In this document: positions 59,475 to 64,000 of the stretch, one piece after another
Layout of the letters: every line of letters begins with the position of its first letter
Numbering within the stretch: position 1 is the stretch's first letter
DNA from: Candidatus Buchananbacteria bacterium
GTDB lineage: Bacteria; Patescibacteriota; Patescibacteriia; CAIXNZ01
Reading direction: 5' to 3'
DNA: 64,000 nucleotides
Assembly (NCBI GenBank): GCA_014729025.1
Contig: WJKP01000045.1
Coordinates: forward strand, 20,015-84,014
Made by a program: the position numbers and the translations under genes
Notes under the pieces: model-generated
The model's input: only the letters and a program-made list of their open reading frames with translations
The model's database searches: none
Told to the model about the DNA's origin: nothing

Positions 59475-59599
59475 AGTATAACATATATAAAAAAATATGT
59501 CAAGGTTTTGCTAATAATTGTATTATAACTTATAATTTACATTTTGGCAAGTCTCTTGTCTAATTAATGTATATTAAAATATTTTATTAAAATTGTCAA
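59475..59599 (-). promoter_or_regulatory. Three stacked sigma70-like promoters upstream of the sigma4/delta-like gene
   Basis: TTGACA-17-TATACT (59503-59475), TTGCCA-17-TATAAT (59550-59522), TTGACA-17-TAATAT (59599-59571). Confidence 0.55.
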
Positions 59600-59610
59600 G
59601 AAATTTAAGT

Positions 59611-59960
59611 AAAAAAAATATTCCCGACCACTTTATCTCATTATTATTCGCTTTGGCCTGCGAACTAGAGATTTTCATCGGGAATGCTTAGAATTTTCTT
59701 TTTCTCATCTTGTTTTCCCCCTTTTAGGTTGAATTTGCCAAAAATTGTTAGCGGGGGAAAGATTTTACCCACGAGCTCGTTATAGCCCCCAAGTTCGGCC
59801 ATAACATCATTGGGCAATTCTTCCTGCCATTCGCCAAGCAGTCTATCCCTTTCTGCTTTGCAGGGCTTCTGTAACAATACTAAACGGTCTTAAAATTACA
59901 GGTCGCTTTAGTAGCTGTACGATGATTAAAGTCATCGGTAATTTTAACAGTTTGTCTTGT
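59611..59960 (-). ncRNA. Candidate structured non-coding RNA, family unidentified
   Basis: Relatively GC-rich intergenic stretch with at least six stems, one needing a G-U pair on the minus strand, ending in a hairpin and U8. Confidence 0.4.
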
Positions 59961-59970
59961 TTATTTAATT

Positions 59971-60990
59971 TTAGCTCTTTTTTAAGCGCCAGTCTAATTT
60001 TTGCCAAACAACCAATAATGGCGCAGCAATAAAAATTGAAGAATAAGCACCCAATAATATACCGGTAACCAAAACTAAAACAAAATCACTAATAGTTGTC
60101 CCGCCAAAGATTAAAATAGCCAGTAAAACCAATTCAGTAGTTAAAGAAGTATTAATTGAACGAGTAATTGTTTCGCGTACACTTTTATCAACAATTTCTT
60201 CAAATTCACCTTCATATTTATGCAAATTCTCCCTGATTCTGTCAAATACAACAATCGTATCATTAACCGAATAACCCAAAATAGTCAATAAAGCAGCTAC
60301 AAATGGCGTATTTACTTCCAAACCCAAATATTTGCCTAAAAATATAAAAATACCTAAAGTAATTAAAATATCATGAAATAAAGTAATAATTGCAATTATA
60401 CCATATTTCCAAGAACTGACCGGATACGAAACTTTACGAAAAGCCCAAGCAATATAAAAAACAATAGCAATCAAAACTAATAAAATTGCCCAAATTGACT
60501 TAGATTTTAATTCCTGTCCAATTGACGGCCCAATTGCTTCAAATCTTTGTTCAATTACTTTATCTTCAGATCCACTAACTGTAACTGCCTCGGCTTCTAA
60601 TTCCATTGTACTATTTTCAGCATCAGTAGTAATTTCAATATTTTCCTCACTTTCTTCAAGATCAGACTTTCTCTGCTCGTCCTTATCTTCTACATTATTT
60701 AATCTATTTAATATCTGCTGATGAGTTTCTTCACTTATTTCTTTAAATCTTAAAATATAACCATTTTCACCTGTTGGCTGTATATTTAATCCTTCTAAAT
60801 TTAAATCAGCCAATGATTGTTTTACTTGCTCAATATCTGGCCCTTGCTCTTTATATTTGACTTCCAATAAACTGCCACCTGTAAAATCAATGCCCAAATT
60901 CAAACCCCAGGCAATCCAAATCAAAATAGAGGTGAGTACGATCACACTCGAAATAGTAAAAAATATTTTTCTTTTATTAATAATCTTCAT
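59971..60990 (-). CDS. secF: Protein translocase subunit SecF
   Basis: GIDFTGG, IGPSIG, HD, LGYSVNDTIVVFDRIRE, RSINTS. Confidence 0.96.
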   Translation of the reverse strand: MKIINKRKIFFTISSVIVLTSILIWIAWGLNLGIDFTGGSLLEVKYKEQGPDIEQVKQSLADLNLEGLNIQPTGENGYILRFKEISEETHQQILNRLNNVEDKDEQRKSDLEESEENIEITTDAENSTMELEAEAVTVSGSEDKVIEQRFEAIGPSIGQELKSKSIWAILLVLIAIVFYIAWAFRKVSYPVSSWKYGIIAIITLFHDILITLGIFIFLGKYLGLEVNTPFVAALLTILGYSVNDTIVVFDRIRENLHKYEGEFEEIVDKSVRETITRSINTSLTTELVLLAILIFGGTTISDFVLVLVTGILLGAYSSIFIAAPLLVVWQKLDWRLKKS

Positions 60991-60993
60991 ATT

Positions 60994-63039
60994 TTATTCA
61001 CTTTCTTGTGTCTTTTTATACAAAAATAACCAATTAATTTTATTAATAAAATTCCAGTTGATGACTGATTGTAAAACTGTCTTAGTTACAAACAATGCTG
61101 AAATCATAGAAATTAAAATACCAATCAATAAAGTTAAAGCAAAACCCTGAATAATACTTGTGCCAAACCAGTATAAAATAACACAAGTAATCAAAGTCGA
61201 GATATTACCGTCACGAATAGACGGCCAGGCGCGCTCAAATCCTTCGCTAAGCGCTGAACCTAGTGGTTTGCCTAACTTTAATTCTTCTTTCATTCTTTCA
61301 AAAATCAAAACATTAGCATCCACTGCCATACCAACTGATAAGATAAAACCAGCTATGCCAGCCAAAGTTAAAGTGACTGGAATTAATTTAAAAATAGCTA
61401 AAATCACTATCCCGTAAATACATAATGAAATAACCGAAATTAAACCGGGTAACCGATAATAAATTATCATAAACAAACCAACTAAAATCAAACCTAAAAT
61501 TGCGGCCTCTAAACTCTTAGTTAAAGATTCTTGCCCCAAACTGGCGCCAACGGTTTGCTGTGAAATAATATCAATTGGTACTGGCAAGGCACCGGCATTG
61601 AGGCGTCTGACTAAAGTTTTGGCCTCTTCTAAGGTAAATTTGCCAGTAATCACCGCTTTACCACCGCTAATTTTTTCATTGACCCTGGGTAAGCTAATAG
61701 GCTCACCATCAAGAAAAATACCAACGACCTGCCCGACATTACGAGCAGTTATTTCCTCAAAAAGTTGTTTTCCTTCATCATTAAACTGCAATTCAACGTT
61801 TGGTTCATTGGTATTAGGATTAAAACTAACCTGTGCGCCGTCTAATTGTTTACCGGAAAGTCCAGTATATTCAAACTGTTCCTGTGGCACAATATCTGAT
61901 TTTTTTTGTTTTTTAATTAAAACTCTGTAAACTTGAAAAGTTCTTTCTTGTTTTTCATCTACTTTATGAATCAAATGAAAACCAAATTGTGTTTCAACAA
62001 TATCAGAAATTTGACCATTTTCTAAATTAAACGCAACTTCTTCAAATTCAGGCACCATTTGTCCTTTACTAAAAAAGCCCAAATTACCACCACTAGTATC
62101 AGCGCCTGGTTCGGTTGAATTTTCTTTGGCTAATTCAGTAAAATTTTCAGGTGTAGCCTTTTCTTTTAATTCCTCAATCTTGCCTCTGGCATCTTCTTTG
62201 GAAATATCTTGTTCGCAACGAGTCGCGCCTTCATAACAGATTAAAATATGACTGGCTTGGACCTGTTTTTCTGTGCCGTTTTCACCACGTTTTAAAATAT
62301 TATAACCCTCACTATTTTCAAAAATCTGCCCATAAATATCACCTGGGGCAATTTGTTTAATTGGCGTTAAAAATTCGCTTTTAGGTCCGCTTTCACTAAT
62401 AAAACCTAAATCACCACCATCTTCTTTAGTTGCCAAATCTTCTGATTTTTCTTTGGCAATTTTCGAAAACTGATCAGGATTATTTTTAACTTCTTGTAAA
62501 ATTTCTTCAGCTTTTTGTTCTGCTTGTTGATTATATTCTTCTAATTGTTGCTGCTGGTCTTCGCTTAATTCAACTTCACTACTGGCTTGTTCTTTAAATT
62601 CCAATAAAGGTGTTTCACCGATCATTTTTATTGCTTCATTGACATCTTTAATGCCGGCTAATTCAACAATTACCCTATACTGTTTACCTACTTTAGTTGT
62701 CTGAACCAAGGGCTCGGACACGCCAAACGCATTAACTCTTCGTTCAATCACATCGCGAACACCTTCAACTGCATCGGCTTGATCTTTAGTCGGCACCTTA
62801 GAAACATCAGCATTATAAACCAAATGCGTGCCACCCTGTAAATCCAAGCCTAAAACAAACGATAAATCAGGATAATGAGGCAAATCAAATGGTAATTTAT
62901 TATTAGCCCAATCAACTGAATTATTCCAAATTTTGGGATAATCTAAAAAGCCTGCCAGAATTGCCACTAGCAAGATTAAAACTATATATAATCTAATTTT
63001 ATTGCGCTGACTAATTGTTACGCTTGATTTTCTTTTCAT
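60994..63039 (-). CDS. secD: Protein translocase subunit SecD with inserted parvulin PPIase domains
   Basis: LGLDLQGG, RVNAFGVSEP, GALP, GMAVDANVLIFER; inserts FSKIAKEKSED..GGDLG and ASHIL..GGNLG..FGFHLI. Confidence 0.93.
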   Translation of the reverse strand: MKRKSSVTISQRNKIRLYIVLILLVAILAGFLDYPKIWNNSVDWANNKLPFDLPHYPDLSFVLGLDLQGGTHLVYNADVSKVPTKDQADAVEGVRDVIERRVNAFGVSEPLVQTTKVGKQYRVIVELAGIKDVNEAIKMIGETPLLEFKEQASSEVELSEDQQQQLEEYNQQAEQKAEEILQEVKNNPDQFSKIAKEKSEDLATKEDGGDLGFISESGPKSEFLTPIKQIAPGDIYGQIFENSEGYNILKRGENGTEKQVQASHILICYEGATRCEQDISKEDARGKIEELKEKATPENFTELAKENSTEPGADTSGGNLGFFSKGQMVPEFEEVAFNLENGQISDIVETQFGFHLIHKVDEKQERTFQVYRVLIKKQKKSDIVPQEQFEYTGLSGKQLDGAQVSFNPNTNEPNVELQFNDEGKQLFEEITARNVGQVVGIFLDGEPISLPRVNEKISGGKAVITGKFTLEEAKTLVRRLNAGALPVPIDIISQQTVGASLGQESLTKSLEAAILGLILVGLFMIIYYRLPGLISVISLCIYGIVILAIFKLIPVTLTLAGIAGFILSVGMAVDANVLIFERMKEELKLGKPLGSALSEGFERAWPSIRDGNISTLITCVILYWFGTSIIQGFALTLLIGILISMISALFVTKTVLQSVINWNFINKINWLFLYKKTQESE

Positions 63040-63131
63040 AATAATAAAAAATAACCTAGATAAAAAGTCTAAATTATAAATCCAGTATAATATAAATTTT
63101 ATTGTAAAGCAAGTCTAAAATTAAATCAATA

Positions 63132-63160
63132 TTGACAAAATAACTAAAAATTGTTATGGT
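63132..63160 (+). promoter_or_regulatory. Sigma70 promoter for the lipoprotein genes
   Basis: TTGACA (63132-63137), 17 bp, TGn-TATGGT (63155-63160). Confidence 0.55.
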
Positions 63161-63254
63161 TTAATATCTAAGAAATTTGCCCTTTTTACAATATAAAAAT
63201 TGTTAATAAAACTAATTTACCAGGGATAAACAAAAAACACAAGGGAGGATTTGC

Positions 63255-63656
63255 ATGAAAAAACTAATCTTGACAGTAATTGTTTTTTGCTTGATTTTCG
63301 CAAGCAACTTAGGCTGCGGTGATCCAATGGAAGAAATGAATGATTTTTTATCTTCTAATGAAGAGTATACTGAAATCTGTGGTTTAAGCATGGTTTTTCA
63401 CCGGGAATGGTATGAACCACAGCACGAATATGCTTGGCGGTCAGTAGACGTCAAAAATCTACGTGACCAAAAAGTTTATTTACTGCTAACTGACAAGTCT
63501 GGTGGTATTATTCTGGAAAAATACATTTCCCGTCTTAATGAAAGGACCTATGAGGTTTATATCCAAGACGGTGAAGATGTAATCGTTGAAGTCCAATATT
63601 TAGTTGATTTCCACTGGGAAACTTGCGGAGAAACCGGGACGGTTTTAGAGCTTTAG
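63255..63656 (+). CDS. Hypothetical lipoprotein
   Basis: GGGAGG SD; signal peptide ending NLGC. Confidence 0.75.
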   Translation: MKKLILTVIVFCLIFASNLGCGDPMEEMNDFLSSNEEYTEICGLSMVFHREWYEPQHEYAWRSVDVKNLRDQKVYLLLTDKSGGIILEKYISRLNERTYEVYIQDGEDVIVEVQYLVDFHWETCGETGTVLEL

Positions 63657-63667
63657 GAGGTATTATA

Positions 63668-64000
63668 ATGAAAAAGATAAACCTACTCTTTACACTCTTA
63701 ATCATACTGACTGCTTGTGGTCCGCAAGAAGTTGAGAGAGAATCACCGACTCATCCAAAAGGCACAGTTGAATTTGCCGGTATTGAATTTCAATTCAATT
63801 TTTACCTTAATGAAATCAAAATGACAAACCACAACAATGACCCGGTTAAGGTAAAAATGATCAATCTCACTACCAATGCTACTTTGATCAATGATCTAAT
63901 CACTTGGCCTGGTAATACGCAGGTCAGACGTGATCTTAGCTTTGGGCAAGGCGAAGAGATTGAAATTCAAATCTGGCAAGGCTATTCATCAGTTTGGGAC
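63668..64000 (+). CDS. Hypothetical lipoprotein, partial (runs off the window)
   Basis: AGGAGGT SD and ATG 63668; MKKINLLFTLLIILTACGPQE..., lipobox LTAC, open to the window end. Confidence 0.75.
   Translation, partial: MKKINLLFTLLIILTACGPQEVERESPTHPKGTVEFAGIEFQFNFYLNEIKMTNHNNDPVKVKMINLTTNATLINDLITWPGNTQVRRDLSFGQGEEIEIQIWQGYSSVWD

Noticed and set aside
59665-59877. 70-aa TTG-start ORF, and tmRNA, RNase P, SRP or T-box identities for the same region
   Set aside because: The ORF has no SD or recognisable motif, though it is not fully excluded. The tRNA-like 3' end, GAGGAAAGUCC, SRP loop and T-box consensus were not found.

Overview
AT-rich chromosomal segment from a bacterium using genetic code 11. 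The gene inventory and style point to Patescibacteria/CPR, probably Parcubacteria: few Shine-Dalgarno sites on core genes, short AtpH and ProS, a TrwB/VirD4-like ATPase with its usual partner gene, VirB2/TrbC-like pilin modules, and a SecD carrying parvulin domains. This taxonomy is inferred, not verified. Most of the window is housekeeping: clpB with a perfect CIRCE operator, five aminoacyl-tRNA synthetases, mreBCD-mrdA, a complete F1Fo operon with a Na+-type c subunit, a non-oxidative pentose-phosphate operon and secDF. The standout is at 8.9-13.7 kb. Three tandem paralogues share a signal peptide and a two-helix pilin-like module, but each ends in a different Cys-rich peptidoglycan-active domain (NlpC/P60, 3D, M23), and a coiled-coil M23 gene and an HExxH gene flank them. 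This could be a modular pilin-borne cell-wall-cutting toolkit. Other notable items: a dif-like 28-mer where gene orientation converges (13.85 kb), a 15-bp palindromic unit inserted in-frame in tatD and metG and at the end of rpiB, an unidentified ~350-nt structured region after secF, ferredoxin-thioredoxin-reductase-like and ferritin-like genes inside the pentose-phosphate operon, a lone divergent purF, a TagA-RppH fusion, and three micro-ORFs missing from the ORF track. I found no rRNA, tRNA, CRISPR array or transposase. All calls come from reading motifs by eye; no database searches were run.
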